From NCBI GenBank assembly GCA_051294905.1, contig CM119377.1, positions 9,796,001 through 9,860,000 on the forward strand: a DNA stretch of 64,000 nucleotides, given 5' to 3'. A program made the translations under genes and the position numbers. Under the pieces are notes generated by a model, which saw nothing but the letters and a program-made list of their open reading frames with translations, had not been told where the DNA came from and did not search any database. This document shows positions 24,594-37,495 of the stretch, in pieces. This DNA is from Botryllus schlosseri. Lineage: Eukaryota. How positions within the stretch are numbered: position 1 is the first letter of the stretch; each line of letters opens with the position of its first letter.

Positions 24594-24730
24594 GATCTTC
24601 AACCAGCTCGTGACAAATTGTGTTCCTATCGTTCGGGATATCTGCAGTAGGATGATGCGCAGATGCATGCATAGTACGTGGCGTGGCAAGAGGAGTATTT
24701 TGGATGCTGATATCACGATCGACTTACAAC
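24594..24730 (+). CDS. Divergent third paralog, exon 2 equivalent (gene or pseudogene; other exons unresolved)
   Basis: ttagcag acceptor and GTGAGT donor, 137 nt, phase 2 to phase 1 as in genes 1 and 2. Reads IFNQLVTNCVPIVRDICSRMMRRCMHSTWRGKRSILDADITIDLQ, with the same N..V.NC.P..R..C.R....C.....RxKR.I pattern. Confidence 0.72.
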
Positions 24731-26601
24731 GTGAGTTTATTACCGATAACATTAGAAATGTATCAGTCGATTTTAGTAGGCACAGTAGATTTCCTTATCA
24801 AATTACGTTTCGTGCTGATGGAATCGCATCATTGTAAATTTTATGTCTAGTAAACACAGCTTTACACGTTATCCTCACCGGCAGACAGTGGTGACGCTAA
24901 TGGATTTATCAGACTCTTTAGACCTGGTGTGAAAAGCAATAGTGGCCGAACACCATAAATTACAATACTAACAACAACAGCTTGACACGAGCCCTTGTAT
25001 ATATTTTGGAAATTTACCGGAGTAGACTTATCGCATTCAAAAAAAAATCACGTGCTGACAAGAAAAAAGAATAGTCAGTAATTTAAACATCATTAACGTA
25101 AGTAGTTGTACATATATTGTCTGTCACCTTTTACCTAAAGCCCACTCAAATTTTCACATGCGAGACTCCTATTCCAAAATGTTCATGCTGCATTACTTAA
25201 CCTCAGGTGTTTATTGAAATGATTTGAGAGGATCGTCACAAGGATTTCGGAAACTGTAATATTAAGAGTCACTCAAGCTATAATCTATCATTCTAATAAA
25301 CACAAAACATTGACAGCGCATGGGTCATTATGATTGTCTTTGAGTGAAATGTCTTATTGTCTGCGAGCGACACAAACAATTCTTCTGCCAATACGCCGAA
25401 TTCTTTGATAATAATGAAGTTAGAAATTTACACATTAGCCTCAAGAGTTGGATACAGCTATTTTATTCAGCGCTAAACACTCCTCAAACGAATATGAAAC
25501 TCGACTTGCGACGAAAGAAACTCTGAACCTTACATGAGGTTGTTACTTTTCATTAGGGACCGGGATTCGAGTAAAGCGATCAGAGCGCAGGAGGCGACTT
25601 CGACCGAGCTGCAATAGCTGTTTTCGGTGTTTGGCCTAACGCATCAGGTATTGCGCAAGTCTATATGCGGAAATGATGAAGTGCATGCTGTGGATCCAGC
25701 AACATAAAGATCTCACATCGCCCCCGGAAAGAGCACTGTGTCAACCGGTCGACTATTATTTATCAAGAGCGGAGTTCGTAAATTTAAGTGGTGCACGGTC
25801 ATTTCGAAACTTATTATTTGGACTGTGACGACGACCAGACAATGGACCAATCAGGACGACAGATACCGTATTGTTTATTCCAGAAAAATATTTAGGGTGT
25901 CTGAGATACAATTGTGTTACGACGAAATTCAATTTCGTTGAATTCCAGGAAACACTTTAAACATCTTGACTGTGTGAACACTGAACAGCCATGAGCATTG
26001 TAACGTAGTCTGTGTGATCACGTCACAACGAATCACAGTGCTGCTAGAAAAAATGGCGCCTTCCGCCAAAATCTTCATTATCCCAACGCTCTTCCCAAAT
26101 ATTCATCCTGACTACACCTATGTGTGCGTGAAGCATTGTTTATGTCAAAAATTTGGGGATTTAGCTCCGTTTCATTTGATATTCAGCTGTTTATATTCAT
26201 ACGCAGGCCTCTATTATATGTTCATGTAATTGGACGTTTGTACGAGTTCTTAGTGACTGTCCTGGCGATGTTGGTGTGGATTACCTTAATTTCATGCAAC
26301 AGAGATCAATTTTGACGCAGATGGCTGTAAAATACATCTTCGATTATACTATGAACAGACAATGAAAGATGTCACTCTTCAGTTGTGCTGTTTTTCGTTT
26401 TCATCCATTTTCAATGGCACAGGGCAGGGGTGGGCAACATACGGCCCGCGGGCCGGATCCGGCCCACAAAGGGATTTTGTCCGGCCCGCGGACAGTTTTC
26501 CGTCTTACGTGATAATGTGGCCCGCGGCCCCAGTCTTCCGAGATTCCCCACTACTTGCTTACATACATCAAATTTTAGTGACTGTATGTTATTATACACA
26601 T

Positions 26602-27234
26602 CAGTGGTGGCTTTTGGGTGGGCGAGGTGGACGGTCACCCGGGCCCCCCCTGGTCGAAGGGTCATCCTAATTGATCAATCATCAAATCTCTGCATTTGTT
26701 AGAAAGTCCCATATCCCGATAATCATCAAGTCTCTGCATGCGGTACTTAGTCTTAAAGGTACTTATCCACGCAATAATACAGCGCTTGGCTCAAACCTTG
26801 ACGTAGTGTGCTGGCTCATTGATAATGCCAGTCGATAGCTTTCCAGATCAGTGTGGGCCTAACTAGCCTGCAGCAGTTGTATCGCTATTCTTTTATTTCA
26901 CGCTGAATGCCACATAACTTCAACACGAAGGCATGAGCTATAAATTATAGTTAACTGGTTCACTTGTTTTATAATTTGACAATGTATGATAAAAGAAGGC
27001 CCAGCAGGAGCTAGAGCAACTCAACATTCCGGCCTCCTTCAAAGCCGTATTATTATAGTGTGGTATGCACATCACGGCCTAATCCCGTTACATATGGAGC
27101 ATTAATACTACGTTAGTAACAATAGATGCGAAGGGGGGTCTGGTGGCGGAGCCCCCAGGAGCTGAGGTTACATACTTATAGCCCCCCCCCCCCCGGAAGT
27201 CTGGCCCAGGGCCCCCAATTGTAGGCCACCACCG
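26602..27234. mobile_element. Nested CAGTGGTGGC MITE (inverted relative to 19279-19681)
   Basis: TIRs present. TSD ATACACAT/ATACACTT (7/8). Confidence 0.8.
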
Positions 27235-27369
27235 ATACACTTGTATGCGCACTGCGCAGCGAGCGAGGGTGAAGGCTACGTGTACGTTCGTCGAAGCAAG
27301 AAGACCTGCATTATCGGCATTTACGATGTACTCAACCCTAATGTCATTTGTGGAAATCATGGTGTTTGT

Positions 27370-27475
27370 CGCCTACAATGGTCATTTACACCAGGCCGAT
27401 ATTTCTTATTTTTGATACCGTAACCGTCGACTTGTAGCACGACACACTTCTAGGCTTTTGTAAGACACCGCTTAT
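27370..27475 (-). mobile_element. SINE body fragment (same family as 22370-22597)
   Basis: Direct sequence similarity to 22365-22465. Confidence 0.6.
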
Positions 27476-29103
27476 GCCAGGGGTCGCCAGCTCAAAACGG
27501 ATCGCGGGTCACTTTTAAATTTCGAGGCCGCTGGCCGCATGAATTCAATAGGCCACACAGTTGAACAACCACGCTATTTCGTAACCTACTAAACCCTATA
27601 CAATGAATTGATAATGTATCGATTCAGCAATCCGGCCCGCCAAATATTTAATTTTCCTCTATCCGGCCCGCCGACTGGAGAAGTTGCCCGCCCCTGGCAC
27701 ACGGCGTATCAATTCAATTTCAACAACCATTGACACATCTGTGTCCGATTGCCGGATATCAAAATATCTGTATATAATTTCCAAGAAAATGTTTTTCATG
27801 CACAATCGAGCATTGCATTTGCCTCAATCGCAAATAATCTAGAGTTTCTAGACAGTCATTGCGATTCGCCTGGTTTCATAAACCTGTTTCAGTGTTTGAT
27901 ATTTAAAAATACAAAAGTGTTTCATGTTTTATAACGAAGATGTTGGCAATCACAGCGGTAAAAACCGAGATTGACAGCAGCAGAGCAAAGAATATAAAGC
28001 AAAGTATATATAAAAACACACAATTAGTATTTGTGTAATCTCGGGTAAGTTTACCGCAATATTGCCACTATGAGAACATTCCTGAAATACAGATTATCAT
28101 TGCGATTGCCACAGTGAGGAATATATCCTAAACATCGTGCCTTCATGCAGAATAATGAATAATATTGAAGGCATTGATTATGTTGGTGTGTGAGATGAAA
28201 GAGAGAATCGCCATCAATATGCCGTTGACATGCGGCGTCTTGTATGTAGTTTCTACGCTTAAACCTTTCTGCTTTGACAGTTTTCGAGAAATATGATTAT
28301 TTATTTGATAACATTCGATGAAAACGAAAGCGATTTCGAAGCGATCAATTATAGAAATAAGGGCTTTTGATTTTAACGAGTCTCCGATCGGAATGCCTAC
28401 AATGTTATAATTAAACGGTGAGCGCGATTTTAGATCCTGTTTACAATTGCTACCTATATATATCCGCGTCATTGGCGACGATACCTAAATTTCGTTTGAT
28501 GACGCGGCAAGACAAAATATCATATGATAAAAATCACTAAATCATGTGTTCTATGGGCTTCGATCAAGCGCACACGTTATCACCAAATTGCATATTTGCA
28601 AGACTTCGGTCACGTGATTGGTTACGCATAGGAACAGACGACTGGTTTAACAAGCTACTCGCTCGCTCATGCGTCTTTATGGCCAATTTCTCATTTTAAA
28701 CCTTCGTTTTAAAGTTGTAAAGGTATCAAAATATTGCTGCGATTGTAATTTGAGAGCTGGCTATATGTTCGGTTCGTGGGTCTTCTCCGGTAGTGGTTCT
28801 TATACTGTTATCGTCAAAAACACTCTGATTTACTTGGTGTTATATTGTCGTATTCTGGCATGTATAACATTACCACCATGGTCTTGTGTTCAGGTACCTG
28901 CTCATTTTATTGCTGCGTAAGTAGCAGTATAGATTAATTATAGAGTTAGTGTTCTTGTATATTCTGCTTGAAAATTATCGATATCTAGCGATTTTTTTTC
29001 TTGTAATATAAAATATTTAAACGGGGACACGATTTGGATGTGCTTTACATGGATGAACCCTGGATAAATGTTCCGTCTCGTCTATAGCGTGCATTGGTGA
29101 CAC

Positions 29104-30036
29104 CAGTGTTGGGATCAAGTCACCACCTTCGAGTCACGAGTCATTTCGAGTCATTGCAGATTTTGACTCGAGTCAAGTCAAGTCAATCGATTTTCGAAGG
29201 TGACTCGAGTCAAGACAAGTCACTTGATTTTTGGAGGTGACTCGAGTCAAGTAGAGTCAAGTCAAGTCAAGTCACGAGTCAAGTCACAATTCAAGTCAAG
29301 TTGCCTTTTCGAAGAATGAGGCATGATTACGTCATTACATTTTGCTAGCTGTCTGAAATACAGATTGAGTGATCATTGACTCGGAACCGATGAACGAATA
29401 TAGAGCTAAATATACACGCAAGAAGGCGCTGTATCGCTCACATATGCGTAGAACTGTTATACTGCTAAGTAACTGCATAACCTCAGTTTAATGTTACCAG
29501 CCAAAATAGAGAAACGAATCGATATGAGACCCTTTGGACCCGCTGAATAGTATATAAACTATATTCAATTTCAAAACTACTTCAATTTCAATGAAACAAG
29601 AGGTTTGGCTAAGGTAAGAACAGAGAACAGACATAGATAATTTGCTATTCAATTACGTTACTACTAGTTAACGACAACGTAAGCTGTAAGCTTCGATCAC
29701 TTCGTTTGTGGTGAATGTATTTGTGAGAGAACACCGGAGGCTCAGAAAACACACGATCATTGAATGATTCGGCGCTCTCACGGGTTACACCTGCGTATCG
29801 CGAACAATCCGAACATATGCAAGATACAGTGATTTCTATCGACACCGATTACTTGATGACTTGAAATTGACTCGTGAATTTTGGTCCGAGTCACGAGTCA
29901 ATCCACATTTCTGAAACGCCGAGTCAAGTCAAGTTAAGTCATTTTAGGTAAGTGACTCGAGTCAAGTCAAGTCATACTAAAAAGGTGACTCGAGTCTGAC
30001 TCGAGTCAAGTCATGACTCGAGTCATCCCAACACTG
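29104..30036. mobile_element. hAT-type MITE (CAGTGTTGGGAT TIR; GACTCGAGTCAAGTCA subrepeats)
   Basis: TIRs present. Inverted full-length copy at 56620-57561. Confidence 0.9.
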
Positions 30037-31327
30037 ATTGGTGTCACTAGTAGAAAATTTATCACCCCAAGATTAAGTCTATTCTTGAAACCTTTATACA
30101 TATGCAATCGCTACACGCGGTCAGGATATACGGTATCATGTTATCATGTTCAGGTGCGACTGGTAGTCTATAAATGCGGGAAGTACTTATTCTGATCTCG
30201 ATATCCCAGTACGCCTGTAATTTATATGGCCGGGAATGAGGTAAACCTGGTTAGTCGCCAACCTTGCCATTGTTTTCATACCGGTCTGGTCACGGGTACC
30301 TAGTCTTAGAACTCCGAATTCTATGACTTAACCGAAGCGAACATTGCGTATAGACCAGTTTTTCTCAACCTTTTTGACCTCGCGGACCGGTGAAACTTCA
30401 AAACAAATGTTGCTGACCGTTGATCAGTCAAAAATAAAAATTAACCCTAAATTCAATTACATTGCAACTCAATATCATATTGGAAACTTCATTTAATGCC
30501 TTTTTATAAAAGATATTTGTATGCGGTTATATTGAAGTTTCTGCAAGGCCAAGCTCGAGAAGTCACGTTAAATAACATTAACTTGACTGTGATTATACTG
30601 CCAAGTGACGCTTAATTGCACTGTCGGAGAGTTCGATTAAAATTCTCCGTAGCATTTACATATAACTTGTCTGAAACGAGTTGGTACTTTCAAACAGTTT
30701 CGTGCAACACGGTGCACCATTGTGACATACGCACAAAATACACAATGTAGTATCTCTCTTCAAGGGCATAACAATGCTTGCGCCGGGCAATATTCCGCGA
30801 TACAATGAAAATGGCGTTAGTTAATTGTGTCAGCTTTCTTGCTGAAAGTTGTCAATAGTTTCTGCTTGGCAATTAGGAATAATTGGCAAATCATTAAGCT
30901 TATTCCTTCGTAATTCCGACTAAGGTGGCCTGCGCTATCCTGATTAATTATTATCAAATCCAATATTGATCACTATACGCACCGTTGTCGAGCATGAAAG
31001 GTTCATGCGAGCTCCATTCGAGATTTGAATTGCTCAAACCCATCTTGTTTAAGTGTATAGCCGCGCTCACGTCAATTTTTCAAATGGTACGTTGTATTCC
31101 AAGAAAAAATAGGAATACAATACGCCGGCATATTGCTAATACGTCATGCATTGTTTGCATGCACACGTGAAAACATTGTTGTGAAGTTAAAGGGGCACTG
31201 CACTCTAAAAATGATGTGGTCTCAAATTGAAAGACAAAACGAAATAAGAATTTTGGCTGCAGCCGTTTTCTTCAGAACGCCACCGTAATGGAGCTGCAAT
31301 TTATTGAAATTTCGATAGCAACTTCAC

Positions 31328-31580
31328 GCTCCTGCAGTCACGCAGATATCAAACTTTATATCGTTGTCAGCCGATGTTATGAAGGAAATATGTCGTACAC
31401 GCCAAGGTGGTTTATATATAGCGTTCAACGGAAGATGTTCATTGTTCAGTCAGGAGATTTATGTCAAAATCGGGCCTAGTGTATTCTATTTCTTTAGGAG
31501 ATGGGGCGTGTACGACATATTTCCTTCATAGCATCCGCTGACAACGATATAAAGTTCGATATCTGCGTGACTGCAGGAGC
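31328..31580. repeat. Long inverted repeat / hairpin MITE
   Basis: 76-bp arms at 31328-31403 and 31505-31580 with 3 mismatches and a 101-nt spacer. Confidence 0.85.
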
Positions 31581-32169
31581 TACAGACCCATTATACAATG
31601 ATTACCACATGTATAGCTCTAGATCCTTGTTCTAGTTCGAGTGCTATATATCGCTGGTGGAGCTAGGATTTTTTAAATATTGGGGCGACGTTACAAATAT
31701 TAAAGACGTAATACGCCGAAGTCGAGATTTGCAGGGTGCATCCTCACCTTTAGTGACTACGGCGTTTTTATTCATTATGGTGCTTCTGCGTTCGCATCCT
31801 CTGAGTGTCTGGTAGTGGAAAAACGAGAAAACCACTAAATCGGCATGTGAGCGTATGACGTTCCTGCCGACTTACACTCGGCTTAAATGTATTGAATATT
31901 ATATACGGTAGATTTAGTAATGATCTTAAGCTGAAGTAAAACTTTGTTATGGGTAATAAAATATTTGGTATTATCTGATGTCAAAGCATTGCAGAGCAAT
32001 CACAACATCAATTTGTCATTTTCCGCGTTCTCTCGACCCTTATAGGTCTTGATCAATGCATTCCCCTCATATAGTTGATAATTTGATACATATTTCTTCC
32101 GTATTTCATACGCATAGTGTATTTTTTGTCGATCTGACGTTATTAAGTAGGCAAATCTAGTGTTTTATC

Positions 32170-33145
32170 ACGAACACCGAGTGGCAACGCTGTAGTTGGT
32201 TAATGAGTGGACTTCCCATAATAGCCTTCGGGTTAACGCTGCGAAATCCCAATTATTGGTCGTGAACTGCTGCGATAACCTCACCGTTGACATCGCTGCC
32301 CAACCAATTTCCAACACTAAAAATGCCAAATACCTTGGTGTTTTACTGGATTCGGACATGTCCTGGAAGAGTCACATAGAATCACTCAAACCACAACTAT
32401 CGAAGCTATGTGGTCTATTCCGCCGCCTTAGCTACACTCTGCCAGTCAGCGTGCTGTTGATACTCTTCAACACTCTATTCCTATCAAAATTACAATACGG
32501 AATTCTTTGTTGGGATGCTGCCTGCAAGAATACAATTAACCCACTGCAAAAACTTCAACATCGGATCATCCGTATACTTGCCAAAGCCCCACGGGTGCCT
32601 GGATGTGCAACTGATGAATCGCTTCTCAAAAGATTTGGTGTTCTAAACTTAGAAGATATGAGGAAACTAGAAATCGCCAAGTTTATGTATCAGCTCCATT
32701 GCGGTCAATGTCCCTCAAATTTCAACGACTACTTCACCTCGGAGACAAAAGCGCACAAGTACAGCACACGCGCGTCGACGAAGAACATCTACCACATGAT
32801 CAGGACTGAATACAAGAAAACGCATTGCTCTATCAAGTATGCCAGACCCCAATTGTGGAACAGCATCTCGCCGGCTATCCGACAGTCGTCGAGCATGTCC
32901 GCATTCAATTCGAAATACAAGTAATTTCTTCTAAATGAATATTAGCCAGTCTTCAGGATTACCGGACCACGACCCAACATCGACCTCGCCCTCCGCCACA
33001 TACCACTTCATGTTGTCGCTTGCGCCTTATATTCTCTGCATTACTTTTAATTCAGTGTGCATGCCTCTTATTTACTTCGCCTAGGCTAAGGTGGGTGTCT
33101 GATCTTAAAGGCTACTCCAAGTTGTTTCGACACCTTTCTATCTTT
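32170..33145 (+). mobile_element. CR1/L2-group LINE 3' fragment (RT C-terminal/thumb region), 5'-truncated
   Basis: ORF 32196-32924 has N.L.VN..KS, KYLGVLLDS.MSWKSHI, L.YGILCW, LQ.LQ.RIIRI, H.YSTR and IKY..P.LWNS motifs. An in-frame stop precedes FLLNEY*. The 3' boundary is approximate. Confidence 0.9.
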
Positions 33146-33520
33146 TCATTGTATCGCAGTCTTGTGATGTTTTCGAAACGATGAAAATATTAATAAACCT
33201 GATTGATTGACCGTGAGGTAAATGATACCGACGCCACACGAGGGCTGCTCTGTGCCAGGCGCTAACGAGCCATTAGTGATTCTTCTGACTCTTAGCTCAT
33301 CGATCGCCAACAAATGACTGGCTATCATTGGCGTAGCCGGGGAGGACGTGGTCCTGCCACACCCTCTTCCTAAAGAACAAAATATACTTAAATATATTTC
33401 GTGCATTTTCTTAAATTAATATAAAGTACAGTTATCTGGGTAAATGAATTCATGCCGAAGTTTTTCTTCGCACTTCACGAGATATAGTGTCAATACATTT
33501 GGTGGGTTTATTATGGGTAC

Positions 33521-34130
33521 TAGAGATGCTGCGAACGTATGGTTCACGTTCGCGTTCTGTGTGTGAACCTCAGAAATTTAGAGGTTTGCAATCTCAAACG
33601 AACCTTTCTGCACTATGAACTTTGTCATAAATCACAATTCTTCACGTCATTTAACATCTTCTGTTGAAAGTCTTTGCACTTTAACTTCGGACCAATCTCT
33701 GCATGGCGCGGGCTCCATAAAAAAATTCAACACCAAACGAGCATGCAATTTCCCAATATCAAAATTTTTACTTGCTTTGTTACAAAAGTTTGCACGAAAG
33801 GGTCCATGACTCTCTGCTGTGAGCTTAGCGCGCAATCGCACAACATCAATATCGCAATACACTACATGTAGATTGTAGGTAGTCAGCAAAGTATGCTTAT
33901 TCAACCCAATTATTGAAAATAATATAACGAATACATCGATGTCTAATGTAAAAAATCTAGCAGGCATACGGGATCCATATTGATTTGATAGGTTTCTAGT
34001 ACCAAAAAAAAAAACAAATTCTCGTGCAATTGGGGTGTTGGCTGCTGTATAACTTGTTTATGGGGTGATATCGGTAGCAAGTACAGAAACCCGTTTTACA
34101 CTCTGATCAATATCAATGTAGCAATAGTCA
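33521..34130 (-). mobile_element. Inverted partial copy of the 39088-40088 MITE
   Basis: Reverse-complement similarity to 39480-40088. Confidence 0.75.
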
Positions 34131-34177
34131 GACACCGAACACAATGTCCGATCTAGCCTACACCGTTAAGGCGTAAG

Positions 34178-35861
34178 CAGGGCCGTAACTGCCGCACTCC
34201 AATCCGCCAATTGGAGGGGGCGAGCTCAAAGGGGGGCCAAGTTTTTTCGTGAATTAACACAAATTATAGAGTATTTTCGAATATTTATAAAACTTTTTTC
34301 AAATTTGCTCTTCTTGTCGCTTGCTGTTATAATATTAATATGGGTGGTAGGATGAGAGGCTGGGAGGCTGGAAGATTGACATTTCAGCGTCGATGATTAC
34401 CGCGTCACGACCAATGTTCCCTCTAAGCTGCCCGCACTACAGACACATTCTGCACGCACAGAAAATCTGTGCCGCGCACAAAAAACCCACCCGTGGTTCG
34501 ACAAATAATTATCACTATGTGTTTCGCAAAGGCACTAAAGCTCATCTGACTAAACTTACGACCATTTTAGATGTACAAATGTAGGCTGCATCACTAATGT
34601 ATAATCAGTAATTCGCAATCATACGAAGCGACGCCATCTTGGTAGAAACGTCGATTTCAAGCCGAGTGCTCTGAGAAGCATCATCTCCTCTCTCCATCGG
34701 ACGAGCAAGTTCACGTCCCTATTTTCTGAATTATATTGTATTGCACCCATGAGCGTCGCATTCCCGTGTTAAAAATGATTCGTGAGTGATTTTCGTGTTA
34801 GTCTTTTCAATCGGAGTTCGAAATTGGACTGTGAGTTATTGCGTATGCCTGCGAATTGCAATATTGCTGCGCAGAATAGTTACTCAACAGGGCCTTGCAA
34901 GCGTTGATCGTGAAATGCTGCAATTGCGCAGTGTGCATTGTAGCTCGGCGTTGAATTACATCAGCTTCACAGCAGCAAAATTCTGATTTTATTCGATTCG
35001 TTTGAACATGAATTTTCTGTACTACAATTAACTTAGTCGCCTGTGGGCAGACAGGTAACATTTGCATCAATATCAAATTTCAACTAATTGCGCATTTCGC
35101 AGAAATTGGTCATTCGCTCATATAGTTCTTGCTTCAGTCACACTTGAATAATTGTTGCCGAACGTTCTGACACACTCATTGAAGTCGCATGTTACATAGG
35201 CTTACCATATTTTGAAAATGCAAAAAGAGGACACTTTTTCAGAAATTTGCAAGATACAAAACCGGAGTAGAATTCCCAAAAACCGGTGAATTTTTCCCAC
35301 TTTGCGGTGGGTTGACTAAAAAAAAAAAAAAAAGGTCTTCATCTCGCTCAGAGCTGAAATCACCGCTTTTCCTCCGAAATACCCGCCGGAGCTTCACTTC
35401 TGCGCTATTTTGCGGCATATCACTCGCAATTTCCTCTATATCTGACCTAAATTTTCAAAAAAGAGGACAAAATCTCAAAAAAGAGGACAAAAGGGCGTCC
35501 TCCGAGGACACTTTCAAAAAAGTCAAAAAAGAGGACAAATCCTCTTAAAAGAGGACGTATGGTAAGCCTAATGTTACATGGCATAAAACTCTATATGTCT
35601 TGGTGCGTCGTGGCGAGGTAATGGCCAACGCCGATATGTCCATTTCTATAAATCTTGCGTATTTTTTCTTGGGGAAGGAGCACCCAATAATTGAGATATT
35701 TACAACTTGAAATCGCGCCGGGCGCGAAATAGTTTTTTTTAAATGCCTAAATTTTCAAAAAATACTATATAATTTATGCTAATTCACGAAATAATTTTGG
35801 GTCCTCTTCGAGCTCGCCCCCCCCCAATTGGAGGGTTAGGGGTGCTTCAGTTACGGCCCTG
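34178..35861. mobile_element. CAGGGCCGTAAC-TIR element (hAT-like), TSD not matching
   Basis: Inverted ends cagggccgtaac/gttacggccctg with the subterminal gagctcgccccc motif. Further right-end copies end at 37041 and 62973. Confidence 0.6.
35197..35570. mobile_element. hAT-type MITE (TAGGCTTACCATA TIR; AAGAGGACA repeats)
   Basis: Perfect 13-bp TIR and perfect 8-bp TSD ATGTTACA. Confidence 0.92.
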
Positions 35862-37495
35862 CCCTAATCCTAACCCTGCAACCTGATTCGGAAGAAAGTA
35901 TCCGTCTTACTTCTATTTTCATCATAGCATACTGTTGTGGGTAATTTTATTTCGCAATGAAATTTATGAAGTCAATGCATCGCTCAAATTTGACGGACCA
36001 ACACTTGAAGAAAATCCCCGTACTGCCTCGAGGACCTACCAGCCTAACTCCTCACACCTTGCTGCCCAGTTGGAGACTCACAGTATAATAATAACACCAC
36101 CACTACAGTCAATATTTGATAACCTGCCCTTCATTGTGATTTGTGAATGAGTACTTTCGTATTTTTGATATTTTTGCGCTGCGGCTCTTTTAAAACTACT
36201 CTTTTTGTTAGATCGGCTCGGGCATGAAACAGGTCTGGCCACTCAGTGACGTGCGGTGAGGTTCATGGCTGGTGAGGCACGGACACCCCCCCCCACACAC
36301 ACACACACAAACACGCACCCACGTAAAGTAGGGGAGATGTGGTACCGATGGATCACTGGGACCGAAAATACTTTGAAAATTCTTTATGATAATTCCGTGA
36401 TTACACTCCGTGAACTTGTCTACAATTGCTTGCTGGCAAAATCTTTCCTCACATACAAAAAAATTCGACGTGCGCGAGCTATGGGGTCTCTCACAGATGT
36501 TTTTTGTTTTGGGGGGTGTAAAGTAAATTTATATCGACATATACATTTTTCTTTGTAACCTCCAACACGAACAAACCAGCAATCATTTTTATTGTGAAGT
36601 GTAGAGCTTGTATCAGGCCATATAATGGCACCTATTATTTTTTTCAGTACTTTCCTTGAGTGGAATTTTTTTCGATTCATGTATAAAATTCGTAGGGTGT
36701 GGACCGATGATACAATAGCCAAATCAAGCAAAATAATCAAGCATACTAATCATAAAACAAATGAAACATGCCTACGTACAGAAAATATTTATGTAATAAT
36801 TGCATATGACGATATGCCCATTTCTATAAATCTTGCGTATTTTTTCTTGGGGAAAGAGCGCCCATTAATTGAGATATTTGACAACTTGAAATCGCGCCTA
36901 GCGCGAATTTTTTTTTAAAAAATGCCTAAATTTTCAAAAAATACTATATAATTTATGCTAATTCACGAAATAATTTGGGGTCCCCTTCGAGCTCGCCCCC
37001 CCCCCAATTGGAGGGTTTGGGGTGAGACAGTTACGGCCCTGCCCTAATCCTAACCCTGCAACCTGATTCGGAAGAAAGTATCCGTCTTACTTCTATTTTC
37101 ATCATAGCATACTGTTGTGGGTAATTTTATTTCGCGATGAAATTTATGAAGTCAATGCATCGCTCAAATTTGACGGACCAACACTTGAAGAAAAGCCCGT
37201 ACTGCCTCGAGGACCTACCAGCCCAAATCCTCACACCTCGCCGCCCAGTTGAAGACTCGAAGTATAATAATAACACCACCACCACAGTCACTATTTGATA
37301 GCCTGCCCTTCATTGTGATTTGTGAATGAGTTCATTCGTATTTTTGGTTTTTTTGTGCTGCGGCTATTTCAAAACTACTCTTTTTGTTAGATCGGCTCGG
37401 GCATGAAACAGGCCTGGCCACTACTCAGTGACGTGCTGGTGAGGCACGGACACCCCCCCCCCCACACACACACAAACACACACCCACGTAAAGTA
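35630..37495 (+). repeat. Young direct duplication of ~700 bp (35630-36328 and 36810-37495)
   Basis: Near-identical stretches with a period of about 1180 bp. Confidence 0.9.

Larger units (their letters stand above)
26425..27696. mobile_element. hAT-type MITE (CAGGGGTGGGCAAC TIR) containing nested inserts
   Basis: TIRs present. TSD GCACAGGG/GCACACGG (7/8). Confidence 0.85.

Noticed and set aside
25557-25900. Candidate last exons for the third paralog (DRDSSKAIRAQEATSTELQ*; VHGHFETYYLDCDDDQ…)
   Set aside because: The first has the wrong phase and the second has a weak AAG acceptor with no homology to exon 3. Cannot choose without cDNA.
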